Source of the DNA: Candidatus Eiseniibacteriota bacterium
Lineage (GTDB): Bacteria; Eisenbacteria; RBG-16-71-46
Length of the DNA: 64,000 nt
Direction of reading: 5' to 3'
Assembly (NCBI GenBank): GCA_031364845.1
Contig: JANLWX010000018.1
Span: 12,265-76,264, forward strand
This document shows positions 47,291 to 57,601 of this stretch, one piece after another. The position numbers and the translations under genes were made by a program. Position 1 is the first letter of the stretch; every line of letters begins with the position of its first letter. The notes beneath the pieces are model-generated. The model worked only from the letters and a program-made list of their open reading frames with translations, made no database searches and was not told the origin of the DNA.

Positions 47291-49836
47291 GAATCTCCGA
47301 GGACCGCAAGGAGAACGTCGGGCTTCCGGTCGCGGCGAGTGCGGCGTTCCTGAGGCGGGCGGCACTGCGCGCGGCACCGGCGTTGCGGTTCACCGGCACG
47401 CTCGAAGGCCTCGGCGAATCCGATCGCGCGCGGCTGCTCGATCGCGGGAACGCATCGGTGAACCCCGCCGTGGCGCAGGTCCGCGCGACCGTCGCGGACA
47501 TCGTTGTCCGCGTGCGGCGTGACGGTGATGCGGCGTTGCGCGAACTCGCGCGCGCCTACGATGGCGTCGATCTCCAAAGCTTCGAAGTGCCGCGCCCGGT
47601 CATCGATGGGGCACTCGCCGCGCTCGATCCGGCGCTGCGGTCCGCACTCGAGCGATCGGCGCGCAACCTGCGCCGCTTCCACGCCGCGCAGTTGCCGGCG
47701 CCGTTCGAAACCGAGACCGAGCCCGGTATCACGCTCGGCTGGCGCGCGGAGCCGCTCGATCGGATCGGCGTGTACGCGCCCGGCGGCACCGCGAGCTACC
47801 CGAGCAGCGTGCTGATGGCCGCGATCCCCGCGCGGGTCGCGGGTGTTCGAGAGGTCGTGCTGTGCTCCCCGCCCGATCGCTCCGGAGCGCCCGCGCCCGC
47901 CGTGCTCGCGGCCGCCGCGATCGCTGGCGTCGATCGCGTGTTCGCACTGGGAGGAGCCGGAGCGATTGCAGCACTCGCCTACGGCACGGCGAGCGTGCCC
48001 CGCGTCGATCGCATCGTCGGGCCCGGCAATCTCTATGTCGCCGCCGCGAAGCTCGCCGTCTCGCGCGACGTGCTGATCGACTCACCGGCCGGGCCGAGCG
48101 AGGTCCTCGTGATCGCCGATGCCACCGCCGACCCCGTGCGCATTGCGCGCGAGTTGCTCGCCCAGGCCGAGCACGACCCGCTCGCGTGCGCCGTGGCGGT
48201 GGCTATCGGCGAACGCGTCGCGGTCTCGATCACGGACGCGCTCACGGACCTGCTCCGCCGCGAGTCCGATCACGGCGGCCGGAACGACATCGTCGCCGCC
48301 GCCTTGAACGACCACGGCGGCGTGCTCGCCGCCGCATCGCTCGACGAGGCGATCGCATTCGCCAACGACTACGCGCCCGAGCATCTGCTGCTCGCGATCG
48401 CGGAGCCGCGCGCGGCACTCGCGCGCGTGCGCCACGCGGGGACCGTGTTTCTCGGCGACGGAGCATCGGTCGTGTTCGGCGACTACATGACCGGCGCCAA
48501 TCATGTGCTGCCCACCGGCGGGACCGCGCGCGCACGCGCGGGACTCTCGACTTTCGATTTCATTCGCACGACGACCTGGCAGGAGATCAGTGCCGGGGCC
48601 GCCGTTCGACTTGCGGACGATGTGGCCTTGTTCGCAGACGCCGAACGGCTCCCCGCACATTCCGCGGCCGCGCGCGCATTCGCAGGGGGTGAGCTCGCTG
48701 ATCTCACCGATCTGCCGCACGCGCGCGTCGCGGACCCGATGGCGGACGAGTCCCGGCACCTGCGCCCGCGCGCGTCTTACGCGGCGATCGCGCTCTACGG
48801 CGGCGAACACATTCCGTGCGCGATCGATCTCTCCGACAACACGAATGCATTCGGCACTCCGCCCTCGGCGCGCCGCGCAATGCGGAGCGCGCCGCGCGAT
48901 GCCGCCACGCGCTATCCGTCGGCCTACGCCGACGCGTTGCGCCGGGAACTCGCGCACTACGCCGGCGTGACGCCGGCCGAGATCGTGACGGGATGCGGAT
49001 CGGACGACATCCTCGATGCGGCGCTGCGCGCGTTCGCAGAGCCGGGCGATCGGGTGGCCCACATGGATCCCACGTTCAGCATGGTGCCGGAGTTTGCCCG
49101 CATGAACGGTCTCGAGCCGGTCGCAGTGCCGCTCGGCCCGGACTTCGACGCGGACTCCGACGCGCTGCTCGCGACGCGCGCGCGCGTCATCTATCTATGC
49201 TCGCCCAACAATCCGACCGGTACGCGGGTGTCCGCGCAGGCGATCGAACGCGTGGTGGCCGCTGCCCCAGGCCTCGTGATCCTCGACCGCGCCTACGCCG
49301 AGTATTGCGCGCTGGCGCCGCTCGCGGGGATCGCATCGGACCGCCTGCTGGTCGTGCGTACGCTGTCCAAGGCGTTCGGGCTCGCGGGGCTGCGGATCGG
49401 CTACGGCATCGGGGCGCCTTCGATGATCGAGGCGATCGCCAAGGCACGCGGGCCGTACAAGGTGAATGCGATCGCGGAGCGCGCGGCGATCGCGGCACTG
49501 ACGCACGATCGTGCATGGGTCGAGGCCGGCGTGCGCGCGGTGCGGCGCAACCGCCACCGTTTCGTGTCCGAGCTTCGATCGCTCGGCTTCGCCCCGCTGC
49601 CGTCGCGCGCGAACTTCGTGCTGCTGCCGGTGCCCGACGCGGCCCACACCGCAGCGCAGCTGCGGGCTCATGGCATCGCGGTGCGCCCGTTCCATGCGCT
49701 CACCGGCATCGGCGATGCACTGCGCATCACGATCGGTCGCCGGCGCGATCTCGACCGCGTTCGCGACGCGCTCGCGGAACTCGTGGGTGAGCGCGCTCCG
49801 GCCGCATCGGGCCCTCCTCCTCAGGAGGCGACGTGA
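47287..49836 (+). CDS. hisD: In-frame fusion of histidinol dehydrogenase (HisD) and histidinol-phosphate aminotransferase (HisC)
   Basis: 849 aa. The N-terminal ~480 aa carry HisD motifs (GPGNLYVAAAK, AEHDPLA). The C-terminal ~365 aa carry HisC motifs (SPNNPTG, the PLP-Lys motif LSKAFGLAGLRIGY). No stop codon between the two. Start ATG overlaps the hisG stop. Confidence 0.8.
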   Translation: MRISEDRKENVGLPVAASAAFLRRAALRAAPALRFTGTLEGLGESDRARLLDRGNASVNPAVAQVRATVADIVVRVRRDGDAALRELARAYDGVDLQSFEVPRPVIDGALAALDPALRSALERSARNLRRFHAAQLPAPFETETEPGITLGWRAEPLDRIGVYAPGGTASYPSSVLMAAIPARVAGVREVVLCSPPDRSGAPAPAVLAAAAIAGVDRVFALGGAGAIAALAYGTASVPRVDRIVGPGNLYVAAAKLAVSRDVLIDSPAGPSEVLVIADATADPVRIARELLAQAEHDPLACAVAVAIGERVAVSITDALTDLLRRESDHGGRNDIVAAALNDHGGVLAAASLDEAIAFANDYAPEHLLLAIAEPRAALARVRHAGTVFLGDGASVVFGDYMTGANHVLPTGGTARARAGLSTFDFIRTTTWQEISAGAAVRLADDVALFADAERLPAHSAAARAFAGGELADLTDLPHARVADPMADESRHLRPRASYAAIALYGGEHIPCAIDLSDNTNAFGTPPSARRAMRSAPRDAATRYPSAYADALRRELAHYAGVTPAEIVTGCGSDDILDAALRAFAEPGDRVAHMDPTFSMVPEFARMNGLEPVAVPLGPDFDADSDALLATRARVIYLCSPNNPTGTRVSAQAIERVVAAAPGLVILDRAYAEYCALAPLAGIASDRLLVVRTLSKAFGLAGLRIGYGIGAPSMIEAIAKARGPYKVNAIAERAAIAALTHDRAWVEAGVRAVRRNRHRFVSELRSLGFAPLPSRANFVLLPVPDAAHTAAQLRAHGIAVRPFHALTGIGDALRITIGRRRDLDRVRDALAELVGERAPAASGPPPQEAT

Positions 49837-50546
49837 TCGTCACGATCTTCGACTACGGCGCGGGTAATCTGCACTCGCTCGAAAAGGCGCTCGCCCTGAG
49901 TGGTCACCGTGTGCGCATCGAACCCGATCCCGAGGCGGCCCTCGACACCGACGTCCTCGTGCTTCCCGGCGTCGGCGCGTTCGCGAGTGCGGCGGCGCGC
50001 CTCGCTCCGGGCCGCATCGCCATGCGCCGCGCGATCGACCGCGGGCTGCCGTGCCTCGGCATCTGCCTCGGCATGCAGTTGCTGTTCGACGGCAGCGACG
50101 AAGGCCCGGGTGCCGGACTCGGCGTGATTCCCGGCCGCGTCACGCGGCTCGACGCGCCGTGTGTTCCGCACATCGGATGGAACACGATCGAACCCGGCAC
50201 CTTCACATCCGATCCCTTGTTGCGGCGCGCCCCGCTCGAGTACGTCTACTATGCTCACAGCTTCGCCTGCCGTCCTGCCGACCCGGCCGTGACGACGGCG
50301 TGGAGCCGGCATCACGACGACCACTTTGCGGCGGTCGTGCGTCAGGGCTCGGCCGTGGGCGTCCAGTTCCATCCCGAGAAGAGTTCGCGCGCCGGCGTGG
50401 CTCTGCTGCACGCGTATCTCGCCGCCGCCTGCCTCGCGCACGACACCGGGACCCCGCTGGGAACGTGCGCCGACATCGATTCCGACGGCCGCAGCACCTT
50501 CGACGATCACAGGGCCATGGGCCCGGGGGCGATGCCATGCTCGTGA
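49833..50546 (+). CDS. hisH: Imidazole glycerol phosphate synthase glutaminase subunit HisH
   Basis: Catalytic Cys in GICLGMQLL. GTG start with AGGAGG RBS. About 35-aa C-terminal extension. Confidence 0.85.
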   Translation: MIVTIFDYGAGNLHSLEKALALSGHRVRIEPDPEAALDTDVLVLPGVGAFASAAARLAPGRIAMRRAIDRGLPCLGICLGMQLLFDGSDEGPGAGLGVIPGRVTRLDAPCVPHIGWNTIEPGTFTSDPLLRRAPLEYVYYAHSFACRPADPAVTTAWSRHHDDHFAAVVRQGSAVGVQFHPEKSSRAGVALLHAYLAAACLAHDTGTPLGTCADIDSDGRSTFDDHRAMGPGAMPCS

Positions 50547-51265
50547 TTCCCGCGATCGACCTGCGCGATGGCGCGTGTGTCCAGCTCGTCGGCGGCTCCT
50601 ATGAAAAGGAGCGCGTGCGGCTCGAAGATCCGATGGCCGCGGCACAACAGTGGCTGGACCACGGCTTCACGAATCTGCACGTCGTCGATCTCGACGCAGC
50701 ACTCGACCGCGGCTCCAACGCCGCGATCGTCGAGCAGTTGGCTGCACTCGACGGCGCGCAGGTCCAGGTCGGCGGCGGCATCCGTTCGGGCGGAGCAATC
50801 GCGGGCCATCTCAATGCAGGCGCCGAGCGCGTCGTGGTCGGCACGCGCGCGATCGAGCAACCCGACTGGCTCGCCGCCACCGCGCGCGCGTTTCCCGGCG
50901 CGATCGTGGTCGCCGCCGATTCGCACGGGCATCGCGTCGTGACCCGCGGTTGGACCCGCGAACTGGCGACCGACGTGCGCGACCTCGTTCACGAGTTCTC
51001 GCGCCTTCCGCTTGCCGGGGTGCTCGTGACGGCGGTCCATCGCGAAGGCCGCATGGAAGGCATCGACCTCGAACTCGTGCGTTCGGTGATCGAGCGCTGC
51101 TCGCTGCCGCTCTACGTCGCCGGAGGCATCACGACGCTCGACGACCTGCGAGCGCTGGATGCGGCCGGCGCGCACGCGGCGATCATCGGCATGGCGCTCT
51201 ACACCGGCACGCTCGATCCGCGGAAAGTCGCGGCCGAATTCGCTTCGCAGGAGCCACGATCATGA
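50537..51265 (+). CDS. hisA: ProFAR isomerase HisA
   Basis: MLVIPAIDLRDGACVQLVGG N-terminus. Confidence 0.85.
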   Translation: MLVIPAIDLRDGACVQLVGGSYEKERVRLEDPMAAAQQWLDHGFTNLHVVDLDAALDRGSNAAIVEQLAALDGAQVQVGGGIRSGGAIAGHLNAGAERVVVGTRAIEQPDWLAATARAFPGAIVVAADSHGHRVVTRGWTRELATDVRDLVHEFSRLPLAGVLVTAVHREGRMEGIDLELVRSVIERCSLPLYVAGGITTLDDLRALDAAGAHAAIIGMALYTGTLDPRKVAAEFASQEPRS

Positions 51266-51843
51266 TCGAGATCATCCGCAACACCGCCGAGACCGAGCTC
51301 ACGCTGTCACTCCGGCTGGGGCCCGATCCGGTGTCACGCATCGCGACCGGAGTCCGCTTCCTCGACCACATGCTCGAAACGCTCGCGCGCTACGGCGGGT
51401 TCGAACTCTCGCTCGCAGCGACCGGCGACCTCAAACATCATCTGATCGAAGACGTCGGCATCGCGTTCGGCCAGGCGGTGCGCCAACTGTCCGAAACGCC
51501 CCGCGCGCGCTACGGCGACCGCACCGTTCCGATGGACGATGCGCTGGTCCACGTCAGCCTCGATCTCGGCGGGCGCGCGTACTACCGCGGCCCGTTGCCG
51601 AGCAGCTATTACGAACACTGGATGCAATCATTCGCGATGAACGCTGCGGCCACGCTTCACGTGCGCCCGTTGCGCGGGCGCGACCGCCATCACGTCGTCG
51701 AGGCGGCGTTCAAGGCGCTGGGTCTCGCGCTGTCCGACGCGCTCGCGCCGGCACCGGGCATCTTCAGCACCAAGGGTGCCGTGCAGATCGAACAACGCCG
51801 CGCGGCAAACGCCGAACCCGCCGTGCCGCCGGAGCGTGACTGA
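51262..51843 (+). CDS. hisB: Imidazoleglycerol-phosphate dehydratase HisB
   Basis: MIEIIRNTAETELTLSL... with His/Glu metal-binding motifs (HHLIEDVGIA). Confidence 0.85.
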   Translation: MIEIIRNTAETELTLSLRLGPDPVSRIATGVRFLDHMLETLARYGGFELSLAATGDLKHHLIEDVGIAFGQAVRQLSETPRARYGDRTVPMDDALVHVSLDLGGRAYYRGPLPSSYYEHWMQSFAMNAAATLHVRPLRGRDRHHVVEAAFKALGLALSDALAPAPGIFSTKGAVQIEQRRAANAEPAVPPERD

Positions 51844-52697
51844 TGCTTGCGCGCCGCGTCATCGCGTGCCTCGACGTGCGCGGCGATCGTGTGGTAAAGG
51901 GCCACCGCTTCGTGGATCTGCGCGATGTCGGCGATCCGGTGGCGCTCGCGCTGCGCTACGAGGCGCAGGGCGCCGATGAGATCGTGTTCCTCGACATCTC
52001 GGCGACCCCCGACGAACGCGCGTCGCTGCTCGACGTCGCGCGCCGCACCGCGGAGCGTCTGTTCGTGCCGCTCACGATCGGCGGCGGCATCCGCACGTCC
52101 GACGATGCCGCTCGCGCGCTGCGCGCGGGCGCAGACAAGATCAGCATCAACTCCGCGAGTGTGGCGCGGCCCGAACTCTTGAGTGAATGTGCAGCGCGCT
52201 TCGGCGCGCAATGCGTGGTTGCGAGCATCGACGCGCGCCGTGATCCCGCGCGTGAACCGGAACACGGCCTCAATGGACAACACCCACCGCGGCCCGGCGA
52301 ACCGGACGACGGCGAGTCCGCCGTGCGGCCGCCGACGACGTCCGGGTGGCGCGTCGTCACGCACGGCGGGCGCACCGCCACCGATCTCGACGCCGTCGCG
52401 TGGGCGCGCGAATGCATCGCGCGCGGCGCAGGCGAAATCCTGCTCACCAGCATCGACCGCGACGGAGCGCGCAGCGGTTACGACCTTCCGCTCACGCGCG
52501 CGATCGCGGACGCCGTGTCGGTTCCGGTGATCGCCTCGGGCGGCGCGGGCAGCGCGAGCGATCTGAGCGATGCGATCCGCATCGGCGGCGCCGACGCCGT
52601 GCTCGTCGCGGGCATCCTCCACGACGGGCTCGTCACGATTGCCGAGCTGAAACTCGCGCTCGCGCGTGATGCCATCCCGGTCCGACGGGTGGCATGA
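51843..52697 (+). CDS. hisF: Imidazole glycerol phosphate synthase cyclase subunit HisF
   Basis: RVIACLDVRGDRVVKG N-terminus; ~30-aa insertion relative to the typical length. Confidence 0.85.
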   Translation: MLARRVIACLDVRGDRVVKGHRFVDLRDVGDPVALALRYEAQGADEIVFLDISATPDERASLLDVARRTAERLFVPLTIGGGIRTSDDAARALRAGADKISINSASVARPELLSECAARFGAQCVVASIDARRDPAREPEHGLNGQHPPRPGEPDDGESAVRPPTTSGWRVVTHGGRTATDLDAVAWARECIARGAGEILLTSIDRDGARSGYDLPLTRAIADAVSVPVIASGGAGSASDLSDAIRIGGADAVLVAGILHDGLVTIAELKLALARDAIPVRRVA

Positions 52698-52796
52698 TGC
52701 GCCGGGAGTTCCCCGCGGCGGCGGAACCGGATCGAACGTCCGCATCGCGCACGAGCGGTAACCGGCGCAGCACCATGTCATCATGAGGAGGCCGCG

Positions 52797-53606
52797 GTGA
52801 ACATGCGCGAAACATCCCAGTCGCTGATGCAGGCCGCCGCCGAGGTCGCCCGCGCCGCCGGACTCGTGGCTCTCACATCCCACGGCCGGCACCTCAACGT
52901 CGAGACCAAGTCCGACGGCAGTCCGGTGACCATCGCCGACCGCGCTGCCGAACAGCACGCGCGGGCGTGGATCGAGAAGCACTTCCCTGAGGACGGCATC
53001 CTCGGCGAGGAGTTCGGCCTCACGCGGCCGGAGGCGAAGCGGCGCTGGATCCTCGATCCGATCGACGGAACGAAATCGTTCGTGCGCGGCGTGCCCCTGT
53101 GGGGAACGCTGATCGCGATCGCGGAAGGCGACGACGTGCTCGCCGGAGCCGCGTTCTTCCCCGCGATCGACGAACTCGTGGTCGCCGCCCGCTCGTGCGG
53201 CTGCTGGTGGAACGGCCGGGCGTGCGAAGTCTCGAACATCGCCGATCTCGCGGCGGCGACCGTGCTCGCAACCGACGATCGATTTCCGGAACGCCGCGCG
53301 CGGCGCGATGCGTGGAACATGCTCGCGGGCCGCGCGGCGATCTCCCGCACCTGGGGCGACTGCTACGGCTACCTGCTGGTGGCGACCGGGCGGGCGGAAG
53401 TCATGGTCGACGACATCGTCTCGGCGTGGGATGCGGCCGCGTTCATGCCGATCCTCGAGGAGGCGGGCGGCGTCCTCACCGATTGGAGCGGCGCCCGCAC
53501 CGCGTTCGGAGGCGATGTGATCGCGACCAACGCGCTGCTCGCGACATCCGTGCGCGAATTACTGATCCGCGATGTAGAGCGCGCGGAACATCCCGCGGTG
53601 TCGTAA
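52797..53606 (+). CDS. Inositol-monophosphatase-family protein, probable histidinol-phosphate phosphatase (HisN-type)
   Basis: IMPase motifs (WILDPIDGTKSF, WDAAA). Located inside the his operon. Confidence 0.65.
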   Translation: MNMRETSQSLMQAAAEVARAAGLVALTSHGRHLNVETKSDGSPVTIADRAAEQHARAWIEKHFPEDGILGEEFGLTRPEAKRRWILDPIDGTKSFVRGVPLWGTLIAIAEGDDVLAGAAFFPAIDELVVAARSCGCWWNGRACEVSNIADLAAATVLATDDRFPERRARRDAWNMLAGRAAISRTWGDCYGYLLVATGRAEVMVDDIVSAWDAAAFMPILEEAGGVLTDWSGARTAFGGDVIATNALLATSVRELLIRDVERAEHPAVS

Positions 53607-53672
53607 GCTCCCCGCCTTCCTCGCTTCGCGCGCGGGTCCCTAGTCCCTTCAGTCGTACGTTCCGGAGAACTC

Positions 53673-54299
53673 ATGCTCGACTTGAAGCAGCTCGACTTCG
53701 AAAAGCGCGGCGGTGTGGTAGCCGTCGTCACGCAGGATGCGCGCACCGGCGTCGTGCTGATGGTCGCCCACGCCGACCGCGAGGCCTTACAGCGCACGAT
53801 CGCGACGCGGCAGATGCACTATCGCTCGCGCCGGCGCGGCCTGTGGCACAAAGGAGCGACGAGCGGAAACACACAGGCGGTGGTTTCGCTGAGCCCGGAT
53901 TGCGACGGCGACGTCGTCCTGGCGCGCGTGATCCCGGCCGGCCCGGCGTGCCACACCAACGACACGTCGTGTTTCGGCCTGACCGCGCTCGGCGCCGACG
54001 CGCTTGGCGAACTCGACGCGACGATCGCGAACCGCGCCATGACCAAGGACGGCTTCGCCAAGCCGAGCTACACGCGCGAGTTGCTGGACGACCGCAACAA
54101 GCGGCTGAAGAAGCTGGGCGAGGAAGCTGCCGAACTCGTGGCGGCGTGCGCCGACGGCGATCCGAAGAAGGCGGTCGCGGAGGCGGCGGACCTCATCTAT
54201 CACACGCTCGTGGCGTTGCGCGCGCTCGGCGCGGGGCTCGACGAGGTGCGTGAAACGCTCGCGGGCCGCGCGGCGGTGGAGCGGTCCGCGGGGAAGTAG
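53673..54299 (+). CDS. hisI: Bifunctional phosphoribosyl-AMP cyclohydrolase / phosphoribosyl-ATP pyrophosphatase HisIE
   Basis: N-terminal HisI and C-terminal HisE halves both readable. Confidence 0.85.
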   Translation: MLDLKQLDFEKRGGVVAVVTQDARTGVVLMVAHADREALQRTIATRQMHYRSRRRGLWHKGATSGNTQAVVSLSPDCDGDVVLARVIPAGPACHTNDTSCFGLTALGADALGELDATIANRAMTKDGFAKPSYTRELLDDRNKRLKKLGEEAAELVAACADGDPKKAVAEAADLIYHTLVALRALGAGLDEVRETLAGRAAVERSAGK

Positions 54300-54368
54300 C
54301 CCTCATCACCTTCCACGAAGCGTCCCGCGTCGCGCGGCCCGTCCCTTCAAGAGGGCGCTCGCCTCGCT

Positions 54369-55994
54369 TCACCCCACCACGATCTCGCCCTCATCCGTCA
54401 GATCGAAGCGTCCCGCAAGCGGCTCCCGCGGAAGCCCCGGCATCCTCAAGATTTCGCCCGTGATCGGAACCAGGTAGCCCGCTCCCGCGGCGAGCTGGAT
54501 CTCGCGCACCGTCACGAGAAAGTCCTTAGGGCGCCCGAGCAGCGCGGGATTGTCGCTCAGCGACTGCTGCGTCTTCGCGATGCAGATCGGAAGTCCGCCG
54601 TATCCGAGCTTCTCGAACTGCGTCCGGTCGCGTTTCGCGCGCACGGTGTAGTCGACGGCTTCGGCGCCGTACATCCCGTGCGCGACCTTCTCGATCTTGG
54701 TCTCGATCGAATCGCTCCACTCGTAGAGCGGCCGGAAGTGCGGCTTCGATTGCTGCGTCATCGTCCACACGATCTCAGCCAGTTCGGTGCAACCGTCTCC
54801 GCCCACCGAGAACGGCTTCGCGACGACCGCCTGAATTCCCAGCTCCGCGCAGCGGTTCCGGACGACCGCGACTTCATCGGGCGTGTCGGTCGGGAAGTGG
54901 TTGACCGCGACGACACACGGCTGCTCGAACTTCTGAATATTCTCGAGATGCTTCTCCATGTTCGCGAGTCCGTTCGCGACCGCTGCGGCGTCCGGCTCGG
55001 CGATGCTCGCGAGCGGCACGCCGCCGTGCATCTTGAGCGCGCGCAGCGTGACCACGAGCACCGTGCCGCTCGGCGCGAAATCGCCGTAACGGCAGTTGAT
55101 GTCGAAGAACTTCTCGGCGCCCAGCTCGAAAGCGAATCCCGCCTCGGTCACGACGATGTCGGAGTACGCGAGCGCAAGGCGAGTCGCGGTGATCGAATTG
55201 GTTCCGTGCGCGATGTTCGCGAACGGACCGCCGTGAAGGATCGCGGGCACACCTTCGACCGTCTGCACCAGATTGGGCTTCACGGCATCACGCAGCAGTG
55301 CGGCCATCGCGCCGACCGCCTTGAGATCGGAAGCGAAGACCGGCGTGCCGTCGGGCCGATAGCCCACCACGATGCGCGCGAGGCGAGCTTTCAAATCCGG
55401 CACGCCCTGCGCGAGGCACAGGATCGCCATCACTTCACTCGCGGCACTGATATCGAAACCGGTCTCGCGCGGCACGCCCTCGCGGTGGCCGCCGAGTCCG
55501 ATCACGATGTCGCGCAACGCGCGATCGTTCATGTCCATCACGCGCCGCCACAGGATGCGGCGCGAATCGAGCCCGAGCGCGTTGCCGAAATGGAGATGAT
55601 TGTCGACGAGGGCGGCGAGCAGATTGTGGGCGCTCGACACCGCGTGAATGTCGCCGGTGAAGTGGAGGTTGATGTCGTCCGACGGAACCACCTGCGACAT
55701 GCCGCCGCCGGTTCCGCCGCCCTTCATCCCGAGAAACGGACCGAGCGAAGGCTCACGCAGCGCGACCGCGCTGCGCTTGCCGATCTTCGCGAGCCCCTGG
55801 GCGAGCCCCACCGAGCACGTGGTCTTGCCTTCGCCCGCCGGAGTCGGCGTGATCGCGGAGACCAGCACCAGCTTTCCGCGCATGGGCTGGCCCTCGAGGG
55901 CTTTGAGGGCGATCTTGCCCTTGTGGTGTCCGTAGGGTTCGAGATGTGCGGGATCGAGTCCGAGTTCGCGCGCGACCGTCATGATGGGTTTCAT
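54369..55994 (-). CDS. fhs: Formate--tetrahydrofolate ligase
   Basis: P-loop PTPAGEGKTT and the conserved core. Start at internal ATG 55994. Confidence 0.9.
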   Translation of the reverse strand: MKPIMTVARELGLDPAHLEPYGHHKGKIALKALEGQPMRGKLVLVSAITPTPAGEGKTTCSVGLAQGLAKIGKRSAVALREPSLGPFLGMKGGGTGGGMSQVVPSDDINLHFTGDIHAVSSAHNLLAALVDNHLHFGNALGLDSRRILWRRVMDMNDRALRDIVIGLGGHREGVPRETGFDISAASEVMAILCLAQGVPDLKARLARIVVGYRPDGTPVFASDLKAVGAMAALLRDAVKPNLVQTVEGVPAILHGGPFANIAHGTNSITATRLALAYSDIVVTEAGFAFELGAEKFFDINCRYGDFAPSGTVLVVTLRALKMHGGVPLASIAEPDAAAVANGLANMEKHLENIQKFEQPCVVAVNHFPTDTPDEVAVVRNRCAELGIQAVVAKPFSVGGDGCTELAEIVWTMTQQSKPHFRPLYEWSDSIETKIEKVAHGMYGAEAVDYTVRAKRDRTQFEKLGYGGLPICIAKTQQSLSDNPALLGRPKDFLVTVREIQLAAGAGYLVPITGEILRMPGLPREPLAGRFDLTDEGEIVVG

Positions 55995-56156
55995 GGCGCG
56001 CACACTACCGCAGGTCCGTGCAACTTCCGAGCTATCCTCGCTAGACCGCCCCGCTCGCGCCGCGTAGAATCCAGAGCACATGCCCGGCTCCACGCGCCCC
56101 GCTCCACGATTTCCAACGGCGGGGCGTCACGATATGCGCCGGAATCCGGAGGTGGA

Positions 56157-56627
56157 TTGAACCTGAACGGGCTGTGGCAACTGCTTCATCTGCTGTTCGC
56201 GTTCAGCTACGTGGGAAGCCTGACCCTCGCCGAATGGAACAGCCGCGCCGCGCGCCGGACTCAAAGCTGGCCCGAACGCGCCCGCCTGTTCGAGATCATC
56301 CACGTCTCCTCCCGCGTTGCGGGCGCGGGCGCGTTGTTCGCGACCGGCCTGCTCGGACACGCGGCAGCGAACGCCGCGGGCTATCGCATGGGCGAGGACC
56401 GCTGGATGATGGTGGTCACCGGCGTGTGGCTCCTGGCACTGGCCGGCATGTTTCTGCTCAACCTTCCGCTCTCCGCGCGGCTCGCGGCTATCGCCCGTGA
56501 GGCGGCCGGGAGCGGCTCGTCCGACGGCTGGGCGTCGGCGCTCGCGCGCTGGCGGTTTGCGAACGTGCTGCAGAGCCTGCTCTATCTGGTGATGCTCGGC
56601 CTGATGGTATTTCCATGGCGCTCATGA
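56157..56627 (+). CDS. Small integral membrane protein (4 TM), hypothetical
   Basis: TTG start 5 nt after a GGAGG RBS. The upstream 1.4 kb of the 649-aa track ORF is antisense to fhs. Confidence 0.45.
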   Translation: MNLNGLWQLLHLLFAFSYVGSLTLAEWNSRAARRTQSWPERARLFEIIHVSSRVAGAGALFATGLLGHAAANAAGYRMGEDRWMMVVTGVWLLALAGMFLLNLPLSARLAAIAREAAGSGSSDGWASALARWRFANVLQSLLYLVMLGLMVFPWRS

Positions 56628-57559
56628 CCGGCGCGCGGATCGCCGCCACCTGTGCCGGACTCGCCGTGTTCGCCGCCACGGTGACCGGGGCGGCGGCCGA
56701 CTCCACCGGCACTTCGGTCGCGTCCGACCCGTTCCTCGCCGCGATCGGTCTGGCGCAAACCGGGCCCGCGGCACTGCCGCCATCACAGCCAATGCTCGGC
56801 CTCCTGCTCGCGGGCTTTGTGCTGCTCGTGATCGGACTCGCGGCACTCACCGTGCGCCGGCTGCCGCGGCCCGAGCCCAACACCTCGGCCGCCGGACGGC
56901 GCGCGCTGATGTACGCGATCGTCTACGGGCTGTGCACGGCGTGCTTCCTGCGCGTGATCGGACCGGCGCTGATCGGACAGTCGCGCAGCCCGTGGCTGTT
57001 CGCGCTCGGCGATGTGATCTTCGTCACGCTCGGCCTGTTCGTGTGGGTCATGGTCCTCGCCGAAGGCCACGACTTGAAAGTCTACGGATTCCACGGCGGG
57101 CGCACGGCGCGGCTTCCGCTCGCGCTCATCATGGGCCTTGGTGCCGTGATCGTGACCGCGTTCGACTCCTACTACGCGCTGTTCACGGGACGTGTGATCG
57201 TGACGGCCGACAGCCTCGTGTTCTCGCTGCTGTTCGCCCTGGTCGCCTCGGCACTGCCCGAGGAGGTCATTTTCCGCGGATATCTCCAGAGCTCGCTCGA
57301 CCGCCGGACTCAACGCTGGGCCCGCGTCGTGGCCCCGGCGCTGGCGTTCACCGCCATTCGGGCGATGAGATCCTTCCCCGGAATCCCGCTGGGATCCCCC
57401 GAGTGGATGGTCTACATTTTTGGCGTGGTCCTGCCGCTCGGACTCTGGTGGGGACTGATGCGAGATCTTGCCGGGGGCTCGCTGTGGCCGAGCCTCGTGT
57501 CGCACTTCTTCGTGGCGTTCGGCACCACGCTTGCCAGCACGTCATCGACGCCGTCGTAA
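56624..57559 (+). CDS. CPBP-family intramembrane metalloprotease (CAAX protease/Abi)
   Basis: EEVIFRGYL motif 1 plus downstream His motifs. ATG overlaps the upstream stop. Confidence 0.7.
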   Translation: MTGARIAATCAGLAVFAATVTGAAADSTGTSVASDPFLAAIGLAQTGPAALPPSQPMLGLLLAGFVLLVIGLAALTVRRLPRPEPNTSAAGRRALMYAIVYGLCTACFLRVIGPALIGQSRSPWLFALGDVIFVTLGLFVWVMVLAEGHDLKVYGFHGGRTARLPLALIMGLGAVIVTAFDSYYALFTGRVIVTADSLVFSLLFALVASALPEEVIFRGYLQSSLDRRTQRWARVVAPALAFTAIRAMRSFPGIPLGSPEWMVYIFGVVLPLGLWWGLMRDLAGGSLWPSLVSHFFVAFGTTLASTSSTPS

Positions 57560-57601
57560 CCCTTTCTTCCCATCCGCCGCCATTCAGAGGACGAGCCCGC
57601 C

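Noticed and set aside
54678-56156. 5' 1.4 kb of the 649-aa plus-strand ORF
   Set aside because: Antisense to fhs. Only the 3' segment after fhs (56157-56627, TTG start with GGAGG RBS) is kept as a small membrane protein.
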